Below are positions 18,934-27,792 of a stretch of DNA of 38,995 bases, piece by piece (the first letter of the stretch is position 1; every line of letters starts with the position of its first letter). Origin of the DNA: a virus (lineage: Duplodnaviria > Caudoviricetes); IMG/VR virus record IMGVR_UViG_3300016722_000162, positions 1 through 38,995 of that record; one strand, 5' to 3'. A program made the position numbers and the translations under genes. A model generated the notes under the pieces. The model was not told the origin of the DNA. It saw nothing but the letters and a program-made list of their open reading frames with translations, and ran no database searches.

Positions 18934-18940
18934 AGGGATG

Positions 18941-19489
18941 TCACCCCCTTCCGCGAGGACGTCTGTTATTGGATTGCTCCTTCATTGTTGCCCATCTACA
19001 GTTTTCTGGGCAATATGCACCGTTAACATCTATCCGATCGATTGTAAGCGTGTCCTCGTAACCATGAGTCAACGCCCAATCACGAAAAGCAACAAAATCA
19101 GTTTCCCATTCAGTACAAACCCTGATTCCTCTTCCGCCGTAAAAAGCGTAATTTGTGGCGGCTTGATTATTGCAACGCTTTTTTATGCCTTTCCAGATAT
19201 TATATAGTCTGGTACCTCTGCCACCGTGCTTCAAAGCGTTGGCTTTGTTCCTTTGCGCGGCTTCTGGAGTAGCAGATATCTCGCGATTATAACAACCACA
19301 ACTCGTGGTGCCTCCGCTTGTTAGGCTTTTGGCCATAATGGACTTTTGCCTTCCGCATGAGCATTCACAAAGCCATTTAGGCGCATGTTTGCCGCTTTTC
19401 GGATATATATAGTCTTCATCTCGTTCAATGACAGTCAAGCGGCCGAACTGCCTGCCAGTCAAATCCTCTAAGGTTCTCCACATCACCAA
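18941..19489 (-). CDS. Free-standing HNH-like (bba-Me) homing endonuclease
   Basis: [53 protein letters not shown] motifs; between terS and terL. Confidence 0.85.
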   Translation of the reverse strand: MVMWRTLEDLTGRQFGRLTVIERDEDYIYPKSGKHAPKWLCECSCGRQKSIMAKSLTSGGTTSCGCYNREISATPEAAQRNKANALKHGGRGTRLYNIWKGIKKRCNNQAATNYAFYGGRGIRVCTEWETDFVAFRDWALTHGYEDTLTIDRIDVNGAYCPENCRWATMKEQSNNRRPRGRG

Positions 19490-19494
19490 GCCTC

Positions 19495-19938
19495 CTATTT
19501 TTCTTTAAGCTGCTTTATTATATCATCAAGCTTATTATTATTCACGTTAATGCCACCAGAGAGGCTTAATTTGTCCTCGTACAGACCGTAACGTTTGCCA
19601 AGAAGCTCAGCTGCCTTCAAGCGGTCTTTGGCCCCTACCTGCTTATCCCTGAGCCTTTGTTCCCCATCTCCAACAAACATCGGGACCTCTTCGGACTCTT
19701 CCCCACGGAGAATGGCAGTCAGGAACCGCAGGACCTCATCCTGACCCGCGATCAGCGCTGATTCCTTCTCTGCCATGCGTGAGTCAATCGCACTTCGAAT
19801 ATCAAGTTTTGACAAGTTTTGTTGCCCGATTCTATTTGCGGTTTTCCGGGAATACCCCGCTCTTATCGCCGCTGCTGTGGCGTTCAAATCAATCAGGTAT
19901 TCATCGACGAACCGCTTTTGTTTGTCCGTCAGTTTCAT
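19495..19938 (-). CDS. terS: Terminase small subunit
   Basis: [30 protein letters not shown]...KAAELLGK; GGAGG RBS. Confidence 0.93.
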   Translation of the reverse strand: MKLTDKQKRFVDEYLIDLNATAAAIRAGYSRKTANRIGQQNLSKLDIRSAIDSRMAEKESALIAGQDEVLRFLTAILRGEESEEVPMFVGDGEQRLRDKQVGAKDRLKAAELLGKRYGLYEDKLSLSGGINVNNNKLDDIIKQLKEK

Positions 19939-20065
19939 GTTTATCCTCCAGCGCCTTCCTGCCGCAAGCTTTGCAGTACCCCAGGCGTTCCTTGCCATGG
20001 GTCACAATAATCGATACCGCTTTGTCGCATCCCGGTGTGGCGCAAATTTTTAATTTCTTTTGCAT
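19901..20065 (-). CDS. Small Cys-rich protein (54 aa, MQKKLKICATPGC...YCKAC)
   Basis: Read manually; CxxxxC and CxxC; GGGATG upstream; first ORF of the late operon. Confidence 0.5.
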   Translation of the reverse strand: MQKKLKICATPGCDKAVSIIVTHGKERLGYCKACGRKALEDKHETDGQTKAVRR

Positions 20066-20188
20066 AATTCATCCCACGAAAAAACCGCCCGATAAGGCGG
20101 CCTTTCCTGCATTAATATATTTTTTGTCAGTTCTCTATGCTAACATATTACCACACTTTTTCTGCGATTTTGCACCATCTTTTGTTTT

Positions 20189-20560
20189 TTACATCAACAG
20201 CAACCTTTCAGCTAAATATTTTATCATTCTAGCTTTCCAACGGCTGAAGGTATTCCGGCCTGTATAATCCGGATAAGGTGTCCGCTTGACTATTTTGTCC
20301 CGGATGTCCTGCCTGTATTCCACCGGGATGATGCTGAAGGCCTCATCCACAGCATTCAGCTTGATTGATAGAAGCGCCCGTTCGATTGCTTCACACTCCA
20401 CCGCTTTGCCTGGGCATCTGGATCTAGGTTGGCCATCGGGGGGTGGCGGACTGGAATGCAGAAGACCTTCGTACTCTTCATGCAGCCTGTCGTACCCCCT
20501 AATGATTCTGATGCACTCGTCCCAAATGTCTTTCGGAACTGTGTACTGCTTTTCGCTCAT
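20189..20560 (-). CDS. Late transcriptional activator (ArpU/RinA-like)
   Basis: 123 aa, last gene before packaging module; helical C-terminus with HTH-like end. Confidence 0.65.
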   Translation of the reverse strand: MSEKQYTVPKDIWDECIRIIRGYDRLHEEYEGLLHSSPPPPDGQPRSRCPGKAVECEAIERALLSIKLNAVDEAFSIIPVEYRQDIRDKIVKRTPYPDYTGRNTFSRWKARMIKYLAERLLLM

Positions 20561-20967
20561 AACGTCACTCTTACCCTTGGAACCTTTTCAAGCGTTTTTA
20601 GAGTCTTGTACTTGCCATACTGCCATGGCTCAAAGCCGGCAGCCTTGGCTTCATTCAGCACGTCTTCTACTGTGACTGTCTGCTTTTTTTCTTTTGGTTT
20701 GACTTCAGGCTTAAGGCTATTGATCCGCTTAAGCTCATACTTGCATTCCGGGCAAGTTTGCTCGTATCCAATTGGTTTGAATTCCGCTCCACAAAGCTTG
20801 CAGGTTCTGGTTTTGTGGAGCTTTGCTTCTTCTCGCATTTTCTTCTGGTATTCCTTTTGCAACTGGTACATCCGCTTCTTCTTGCATTCAGAGCTGCATG
20901 ATTCCTGCTTCTGATGTTTTCTATCAACCTCAAACTCTTTTCCACAAACAATACAGGTCTTTGTCAT
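20557..20967 (-). CDS. Hypothetical protein with CxxC zinc-ribbon motifs
   Basis: CIVC, CSSEC, CKLC, CPEC; YGKY C-terminus. Confidence 0.7.
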   Translation of the reverse strand: MTKTCIVCGKEFEVDRKHQKQESCSSECKKKRMYQLQKEYQKKMREEAKLHKTRTCKLCGAEFKPIGYEQTCPECKYELKRINSLKPEVKPKEKKQTVTVEDVLNEAKAAGFEPWQYGKYKTLKTLEKVPRVRVTL

Positions 20968-21242
20968 CTTTTGAAATTCCTCCTGTCAAACAACCATGCC
21001 GGATCTAAATCGGCTGCTTGTACCGGTTCCAGCATTGCGGCTGATATGTAGAAACACACTCCGTTCAAACTGCATTTTTCGAGAAAATAATGATTTCCTG
21101 AATGGCATCTTTTGATTTTGAATATCCCGCTCTTGAAACGATCCATACGTGTCGAATCGTAATGCAGTCCCCCGTACATTTCCCCGTCCTCCAGATCGTC
21201 CCGGAACTTAACCAAGTCACCGACTTTGTAGGTATTTGTCAT
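20964..21242 (-). CDS. Hypothetical phage protein (MTNTYKVGDLVKFRDDL...)
   Basis: YKVGD.V..R.DL motif; GAGGAG RBS; ATGA overlaps at both ends. Confidence 0.7.
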   Translation of the reverse strand: MTNTYKVGDLVKFRDDLEDGEMYGGLHYDSTRMDRFKSGIFKIKRCHSGNHYFLEKCSLNGVCFYISAAMLEPVQAADLDPAWLFDRRNFKR

Positions 21243-21400
21243 TTTGCTCTCCTCTCGAATTTTCGACACCATCCGCTTCCGTCGGGCTTGATGAACACGC
21301 GGCTCAACCAGCAATACGGATCCTGGTATGGGTTCTCTCTCCCGATCAAGTATGTGCATGCGGCACAGTGGCCGGGTATCTTACGCTTTTGTTTTGGCAT
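21239..21400 (-). CDS. Small Cys-rich hypothetical protein (53 aa, MPKQKRKIPGHCAAC...)
   Basis: Read manually; GGAGGTG RBS; four Cys; ATGA-coupled to next gene. Confidence 0.65.
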   Translation of the reverse strand: MPKQKRKIPGHCAACTYLIGRENPYQDPYCWLSRVFIKPDGSGWCRKFERRAK

Positions 21401-21806
21401 CTGTCACCTCCAACGATTCGATCTCGATAACGATTCCGGGATACTTCTCAGACCACATCTTTTCAACTTGCTCGATGCATACCTGACTGTCATCCTTCCA
21501 GAACCCCAAATCAGTCATCACGTCCTTGAGTAGCTTCTGTAGGTTATCCAAGTCCGGCTTTGTCGACCGCCATGACCCTTCAGGATGTTTCAGCGAGTAG
21601 AATCTCCAACTGACCGATAACTTCAGCGGACCAGTCAAAATTTTAGCCGGAACATGTTTGCTGAAATGTGCCATCAACTTTGACCTGGCCGCTGCCAACT
21701 CCGGAGGCTCATAGAAAATAGGTTTGCCTTTCACAATGCGCACCTTCTTTTCCTGGTGTGTGCAGCAAGGCGGATCCATGGGAACGTAAAAGTTAATTGT
21801 TTTCAT
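21381..21806 (-). CDS. rusA: RusA family Holliday junction resolvase
   Basis: KPDLDNLQKLLKDVMT...WKDDSQV catalytic motif. Confidence 0.92.
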   Translation of the reverse strand: MKTINFYVPMDPPCCTHQEKKVRIVKGKPIFYEPPELAAARSKLMAHFSKHVPAKILTGPLKLSVSWRFYSLKHPEGSWRSTKPDLDNLQKLLKDVMTDLGFWKDDSQVCIEQVEKMWSEKYPGIVIEIESLEVTDAKTKA

Positions 21807-21933
21807 TTTTACTGCCTTCCATTATTTTACATTTGCGTTGAGAGGGAAAATTTCATTAAGTCACTGGTTAGGGGGAGGAGTCGTCGTGCGAGAGCTTACG
21901 CACGACTACTTACCCCCAGCGACGAGCGGGAGC

Positions 21934-22128
21934 GAGGGAAGAAAAAAGTTTTATATTTATATATATGTTTTTTTCTTCCCTCATGTTTTAGGGAAAATAA
22001 CATGATTTTATGTTTTTTTCCATCCGCGCGTTTGAAACTGAGCAGGGAAGAAAATAACTTGATTTTATGTTTTTTTCTTCCCTCAAGGATTTGAGGGAAA
22101 AGGGAAATTTTATGTTTTTTTCCCTCAC
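21934..22128. repeat. Iteron-like direct and inverted repeat cluster, probable replication origin
   Basis: Four copies of TATGTTTTTTT(CTT)CC facing copies of GGGAA(G)AAAA; AT-rich; directly downstream of primase-helicase. Confidence 0.7.
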
Positions 22129-24353
22129 TTCTTTCGTACAAAGCCATCTTCAATCTTGTATCCGCCATGCTCCATCACCCAATTCCGTACTGTCTTTTTT
22201 GTCTTGTCCAGGTACTCGGATAGGGCTTCGATTGTCACTTGCTCTTCATCGAAAACGCACAGGTTGATTGCCGTCTCCAGCTCCATCTTCCGACTCAATT
22301 GTTTCTCTTCCTTCGGCTTTCTCGACTTGATCGCCTTCTTCCATGGCGGGGCTTCCCCCTCCGCATCAACGTCTTTTAGGACCCCGATTTCATCCACCTG
22401 ATGCACCGGATGAGTGAACCAAATATTGATTGGGGACATCTTCGGAAACTCTCTAAATGTGCCCTCGATTCGCCAAGCGGTGAACGTATCGACATACTTT
22501 CCTTTGGCGGCGATTTTGCTTTGAAGGGCCCGAAATTTCGGTTCTGGAAGCATCGTGATGGCGTGTTTGAGCATCGCTTTCGATGAGCATAAATCATCTT
22601 GTGACACGCGGTCTTCCCATGCGGTTTTGCAGTTCTCCTCCAGGGCGTTGATGCATACTTGCACGCTCTCTTCGTTCGTCTTGTTTGTCAGCATCTCCTC
22701 GGTCACTTCAAGCTCGATCACATCGATGAGCGCGTCAGGATCCCGGGCGAATACACCTGATCCGGAAGCTCTATCCATGGAGCGTTTATGCCCCTGGTCA
22801 CCCTTTGAATGATGATGGCAGTAGATGACTGCCGCCCCCAAATCGTTGCATACCTTGTCAAACTGGTTGCAGAAATTCGCCATTTGATCAGCGCTGTTTT
22901 CGTCGCCTGTGATGACCTTATAGATTGGGTCGATCATTATTGCTATGTAACCTTTTTTCGCGGCTCTGCGGATCAATTTCGGCGCCAGTTTGTCCATGGG
23001 GATGCTCTGGCCTCGAAGATTCCAAATGTCGATGTTTTGCAGATTCTCCGGAGCCCATGAGAGCACACGGTAGACATCCGCGAACCGGTGCAGGCATGAC
23101 GCCTTGTCCAGTTCGAGATTCACATATAGAACCTTTCCCTTGGCGCAATTCCATGTGAGCCATTTTTTGCCCTCAGCGATGGCGATGCAAAGCTCGATGA
23201 GCATGTATGACTTGCCAGCCTTTGAGGGACCCGCAAGCAGCATTTTGTGCCCTTGTCTAAGCACTCCATCGATGAGAGGTGGAGACAGTTCCGGGAGGTT
23301 GTCCCAAACATCCGCCAGATTTTCAGAATCAGGCAGATTGTCGTTGATGGACTCTATCCATTCCTTCCATTCATGCCATGACTCCTTGCCGATGTTGGTA
23401 TCCACCAGGTATTGTTTGTTACCGTTTCGAATGATGCCCGGCATACGGGAAAGCCTCGAAGGATTCCGGTTCTGGCTATCGACTTTGAGGCCGTTTTTCC
23501 TGCAAACGTTGTAAAGGTAATCGACTCTTTTTCGATACTCATCATAGTTTCCGGCATCCACACGAACAATGGCATGGAGACTCTTGCCGCCTGAATGAAC
23601 CAGGCATGCAACGGGCAGCTCCAAATCTCTGATGATGGCATTTTGCTTTTCAATCTCCATCTCATCGGATTCCACCAGCGCGAAACGGTAGTCGGTGACG
23701 TTTTCGTTTTTAACACCTTTCCCATCCAGTGGATTGAATCGGATCCATGCGCCTGCCTGCTGATTGTAATCACCGATAATGGCGCCGATGTCCTTCTTGT
23801 TCTTATTGAGCAGTTGAATCAGTTCACCAGCTGTGCGGTCATAGTTGCCTTTATTTGGTAGGAATTTACCGTCCTTCTCCCATGTTCCGGTAACATAACC
23901 GACGTTTTCAGATGCTTCAAATAGTGTCTCTAGGTATTTGATAAGCTGATCTGCCGGCTTCCATGAATCCGGTTCGGCAACTTCCTTGTCTTCAACCCAT
24001 GCAGGATTGATAACCTCCAAATCGTCCCGGTCCGCAATGACATCATCCCAGTCAATTTCACGGTCCTCAGTATAATAAGAAGGCTCCCATCCATGTTCCT
24101 TGGCATACTGGACGATGGTTCCGGCCGTAACCTTGGCATCAAATCCACCACTGAAAGAGTCCCATTTCTTATCGCATTCTCCGGCATGGTATCTTCCAAT
24201 GTCCCTACGGCTCCAGGCATCCCAGACATCGACTCCAAACCCCTCTTCTTTGAGGGCCATGCCCACGTTCACCCATTGCTGGTAATCAAGCATTGATGGG
24301 TCAATGTATTCGAGGGCTTCTGAAATATTTGATTTTCCTAATTGCTGGTCCAT
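22125..24353 (-). CDS. Primase-helicase (PriCT-2 + AEP-like + AAA_25/RepA)
   Basis: WVNVGMALK PriCT motif, SGGKSLH, Walker A GPSKAGKS, IDPIYK, HHHSKG, ASGSG. Confidence 0.9.
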   Translation of the reverse strand: MDQQLGKSNISEALEYIDPSMLDYQQWVNVGMALKEEGFGVDVWDAWSRRDIGRYHAGECDKKWDSFSGGFDAKVTAGTIVQYAKEHGWEPSYYTEDREIDWDDVIADRDDLEVINPAWVEDKEVAEPDSWKPADQLIKYLETLFEASENVGYVTGTWEKDGKFLPNKGNYDRTAGELIQLLNKNKKDIGAIIGDYNQQAGAWIRFNPLDGKGVKNENVTDYRFALVESDEMEIEKQNAIIRDLELPVACLVHSGGKSLHAIVRVDAGNYDEYRKRVDYLYNVCRKNGLKVDSQNRNPSRLSRMPGIIRNGNKQYLVDTNIGKESWHEWKEWIESINDNLPDSENLADVWDNLPELSPPLIDGVLRQGHKMLLAGPSKAGKSYMLIELCIAIAEGKKWLTWNCAKGKVLYVNLELDKASCLHRFADVYRVLSWAPENLQNIDIWNLRGQSIPMDKLAPKLIRRAAKKGYIAIMIDPIYKVITGDENSADQMANFCNQFDKVCNDLGAAVIYCHHHSKGDQGHKRSMDRASGSGVFARDPDALIDVIELEVTEEMLTNKTNEESVQVCINALEENCKTAWEDRVSQDDLCSSKAMLKHAITMLPEPKFRALQSKIAAKGKYVDTFTAWRIEGTFREFPKMSPINIWFTHPVHQVDEIGVLKDVDAEGEAPPWKKAIKSRKPKEEKQLSRKMELETAINLCVFDEEQVTIEALSEYLDKTKKTVRNWVMEHGGYKIEDGFVRKK

Positions 24354-25972
24354 GCGTTAAACCCCCATGATGTTTCTAGTTTAGGTTGATGCGGTTCCGG
24401 TGTGTATGTTTGCGGTGAGATCCCTCTTGGAGTTATCCAGCCATTTGATGCTATGCGGTCAATTAGATTCTTGGCACTTTGGAAGTCCCACGTGCCTACA
24501 TGCTGAAACCCCTTGCTTTCCAGAAATCGAATCTGTTTGGGTGTGGTGAGGCCCTCACTTCTACGAGCGTTCAGGCGGTCAAGTAGCTTAGTAGCCTTGC
24601 CTGCAGAATCAACTTCATCGGGGAAGATTCCCATTTTCTCAAGCGATGCAAGCTGGGCCGCTGATGGCGGCATCATCTCCCAACCAAAGCTTGGCGTATA
24701 GCTCGCAAGATCTTCAGCCTGAATCGACATCTCGAATTGGAGGGGATCCACGAGTTTTCGCTTACGATGTTTCATCTCCGATAGCTGTTTGGCCAAGGCC
24801 ATTTCACGCTGTGCCACCACATCCGACTCGGCTTGCGTTTCAGCTTCTTCGATATCTACCGGGCAGCCTGCCACCTGGATGTTCTCGGTCATCTTCTTGG
24901 CTACGTCTTCCGATTCACAAATCAGATGTGCCGGATGGCAGAGTTCATGGCGCTCGGTGTGCCATAGAAAATCGAGGAGCAGAAGGTTTTCCTTCCCCGG
25001 ACTTAATCGGGTACCACGTCCCACCATCTGAGCATAAAGGCTGCGAATCTTCGTCGGCCGAAGTACAACGATGCAATCAACTGTCGGACAGTCCCATCCT
25101 TCCGTGAGAAGCATAGAGTTGCATAGAACGTCATATTCTCCGGCATCAAATGCCGATAGTACTTCCGCTCTGTCTTTGCTCTCACCATTTACTTCAGCTG
25201 CACGGATGCCCTTTGAAACGAGGATGTCCCGGAACTTTTGGCTAGTTTTGATCAGTGGTAGAAACACCACCGACTTACGCCCTTTACATGTGACCGCCAT
25301 TTCATCCGCGATCTGTTCCAAATATGGTTCCAGCGCATTGCCCAGATCCGCGGTTTTGAAATCTCCGGCCTGAATAGAAACGCTTGTGAGGTCAAGTTTC
25401 AACGGAATCGTCTGCGCTTTGATAGGGCAGAGGTATCCGTCCTTGATAGCTTTGGGGAGTGTGTATTCATATGCCAGGCTGTCAAAAACTTGCCCCAAGT
25501 TCTTCATGTCACCCCTGTCCGGGGTTGCTGTAACGCCCAGCACTTTGGCATCGCTGAAATGATCTAAAACACGCATATAACTATCTGATACGACGTGGTG
25601 CGCTTCATCAACGATAATTTTGTTGAAGTAGTTCTTTGGGAAAGTTGCCAAACGCTTCGGCCTCATCAGGCTCTGTACGCTTCCAACAACCACTCGGAAG
25701 AAACTACCGATGCAGGTATCCTCTGCTTTTTCGACTGCACAACCAAGTCCTGTGGCTTGCCGCAGTTTATCAGCAGCCTGATCGAGGAGCTCCCCCCGGT
25801 GAGCCAGGATTAATATCCTGTCACCGGAGGCAACACACTCTTCAGCCAGTTTGGAAAAAACGATTGTCTTTCCCGTACCGGTAGGCAGTACAAGCAGTGT
25901 CTTTTGCACTCCCCCATTCCATTCACCAAGAATGGCATCTTTCGCCTGCTCCTGGTATGGCCTGAGTTGCAT
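24338..25972 (-). CDS. SF2 DEAD/DEAH-box helicase
   Basis: LRPYQ, PTGTGKT, DEAHH, TATP, LTEGWD, QMVGRG. Confidence 0.95.
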   Translation of the reverse strand: MQLRPYQEQAKDAILGEWNGGVQKTLLVLPTGTGKTIVFSKLAEECVASGDRILILAHRGELLDQAADKLRQATGLGCAVEKAEDTCIGSFFRVVVGSVQSLMRPKRLATFPKNYFNKIIVDEAHHVVSDSYMRVLDHFSDAKVLGVTATPDRGDMKNLGQVFDSLAYEYTLPKAIKDGYLCPIKAQTIPLKLDLTSVSIQAGDFKTADLGNALEPYLEQIADEMAVTCKGRKSVVFLPLIKTSQKFRDILVSKGIRAAEVNGESKDRAEVLSAFDAGEYDVLCNSMLLTEGWDCPTVDCIVVLRPTKIRSLYAQMVGRGTRLSPGKENLLLLDFLWHTERHELCHPAHLICESEDVAKKMTENIQVAGCPVDIEEAETQAESDVVAQREMALAKQLSEMKHRKRKLVDPLQFEMSIQAEDLASYTPSFGWEMMPPSAAQLASLEKMGIFPDEVDSAGKATKLLDRLNARRSEGLTTPKQIRFLESKGFQHVGTWDFQSAKNLIDRIASNGWITPRGISPQTYTPEPHQPKLETSWGFNAWTSN

Positions 25973-26472
25973 TAGAACTCGCCCTTCTGGAACCCTGCAG
26001 CCGGGGCTTGCTGCGGAGTTAATTGTTCTTTTTCGTAGAACTTTTTGATGTCGTTGAAATCATTTCCGTTCTTTGATTTTTTGACGTCAATTTTGCAGCG
26101 ACCGGTTGATCCTGTGAATGTCTGCCAGTTCACCTTTGTCGGTTCGCCCTTCTTCTTTTGCCCGATGCTCTTTAAAAATGTGCTCAGCATTCCTTCTGTC
26201 TTTGTATGGAAGAACAGGTTGTGTCTCATGGTCACGTAGCCATCCGGAGCTTGTGGATATTTGATTCTCAGTTGCACGATAAGCTTACCGCAGGGTGGCA
26301 ATTTTTCAGAGCCTTCATGTCTTGCTCTTTCATAGTCTGCAATCACAAATTCATAGTCTCCTGGGGGGAGTAGAATGAAATCGCTTTCCTTTTCAATCAC
26401 ATCATCAAACCCAAGTTCATGATCATCAAACGTTCCCACTTCTTTTGTTGTTGTTTCTTCAAATCCTGACAT
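25972..26472 (-). CDS. Phage single-stranded DNA-binding protein (DUF669-like)
   Basis: LLPPGDYEF motif, C-terminal F; between recombinase and helicase. Confidence 0.7.
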   Translation of the reverse strand: MSGFEETTTKEVGTFDDHELGFDDVIEKESDFILLPPGDYEFVIADYERARHEGSEKLPPCGKLIVQLRIKYPQAPDGYVTMRHNLFFHTKTEGMLSTFLKSIGQKKKGEPTKVNWQTFTGSTGRCKIDVKKSKNGNDFNDIKKFYEKEQLTPQQAPAAGFQKGEF

Positions 26473-26485
26473 TTTTTCTTTCCTC

Positions 26486-27598
26486 CTAGAATGTAATATC
26501 TTCTATCCGTTTATCAGTAATAGCTTCTTTGACTTGCGTCCAGGCACCGACCAGCACACCGGCGATGAATTCATCGGCGTAGTTTTCAATTGGGGTGTTG
26601 AGCGGATAATATTTTTTCTCGTGGACCGCCGCCTGGATTTCCTCTCTTGTCACTTCCCATTCATCCATCAAGGCGTAAAGTTGCTCCAGTGGTGTCTTTG
26701 ACGTGACGAATGTTTTATTAGATGTTGAGGGCTGTTTCTCTTCGGCTTTTGGGGTAGGTTCTTCATCAACCTGAGGAGCGGGCGCTTCTTCAACCGACAC
26801 TGGAACGCCCAGAACTTCTTCTGCTTTGGCCGCTATTTGTTCTGCGGTTGCGCCTGAAGATTGGGCCTGGTCTGATGGGAACAGGGGGATCACATGCGCA
26901 ATTGAGGCAAATCTGAAATCCAGCTCTTCCGGGAGACCCTCCCGGTTCTTTGCATCCCAACATGGATGGTGCGAAGTGTATATGACGCGTTGTCCGCCAC
27001 GGGCTTTGGCCTTTTTCCCCTCTGATTTCTCGTCTTTGACAACCAATGTCTTGTAATTGGCAAAGAGCAAGAGCGAGGCCCATTCCTTTAGCATTGGTGA
27101 TGTCTTTTTTTCGAGTTTGAGTTCCCATCGGTCATATGCGCCCGACTCATCCGGCTGCTCAAACTTCCGCATAATCGCGTGAGCGGTCAAAACCACATTG
27201 ATGCCGCGGTCCGTCAGATCACTCAGAGCATTGAGCATGCGGCCGAATTCCTCGGCCAAGTAAACGTAGCCTTTGCCATATCCAAAGTCTTCGATGCCGG
27301 CTTTGTCATATTTGCCGCAAACGTACTGTATGCAAAGCTTTTCAGCCCAGTCCGCGGTATCGATGATGAGTGTTCTGCAAATGGATGGATTCTGACGTAC
27401 ATAATTCACGTCATCCACTAACATCGCCCAGCTCGTTGGATTTGGAAGTCTCGCCACATCAAGCGATTCCGTGGATCCTTCCGTATCGATGAACAAGGGG
27501 CTTGGAAATTGCGATGCAAACGTTGACTTTCCGATTCCTTCCGGGCCATACACGCAGACACGTTGAGGTTTAATTATCTTTCCCTTAGTGATTTCCAT
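26486..27598 (-). CDS. AAA_24 / Sak4-like phage recombinase ATPase
   Basis: YGPEGIGKST, IDTEGS, IDTADW, GYGKGY, WDAKNR. Confidence 0.88.
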   Translation of the reverse strand: MEITKGKIIKPQRVCVYGPEGIGKSTFASQFPSPLFIDTEGSTESLDVARLPNPTSWAMLVDDVNYVRQNPSICRTLIIDTADWAEKLCIQYVCGKYDKAGIEDFGYGKGYVYLAEEFGRMLNALSDLTDRGINVVLTAHAIMRKFEQPDESGAYDRWELKLEKKTSPMLKEWASLLLFANYKTLVVKDEKSEGKKAKARGGQRVIYTSHHPCWDAKNREGLPEELDFRFASIAHVIPLFPSDQAQSSGATAEQIAAKAEEVLGVPVSVEEAPAPQVDEEPTPKAEEKQPSTSNKTFVTSKTPLEQLYALMDEWEVTREEIQAAVHEKKYYPLNTPIENYADEFIAGVLVGAWTQVKEAITDKRIEDITF

Positions 27599-27609
27599 TG
27601 TCTCCTCCT

Positions 27610-27792
27610 TTACTCTTCAATCTCTGCATATGCCAGGGCAAAACCAATTAACAGACATGCAATCTTGCTGATTGGTTGATTCGATTCGTCGGCTAGGACC
27701 TTAACCGCTGCATGTAATTCGGTAGAAACTTTCAAAGGTTTCATGTAGTCCTCATTGCTGAATGTTTCTTTTTTGATGATTAATTTATCCAT
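27610..27792 (-). CDS. Small hypothetical protein (RHH-like)
   Basis: 60 aa, coupled to upstream gene; LKVSTELHAAVK pattern. Confidence 0.6.
   Translation of the reverse strand: MDKLIIKKETFSNEDYMKPLKVSTELHAAVKVLADESNQPISKIACLLIGFALAYAEIEE

Noticed and set aside
18941-19489. Second group I intron around the terS-terL HNH gene
   Set aside because: Only 5-7 nt flank the ORF on each side, leaving no room for a ribozyme core; it has its own RBS and lies between genes.
21896-22168. 90-aa ORF with repeated GKKHKI
   Set aside because: Translation of the origin-like DNA repeats; overlaps the primase gene; no RBS.
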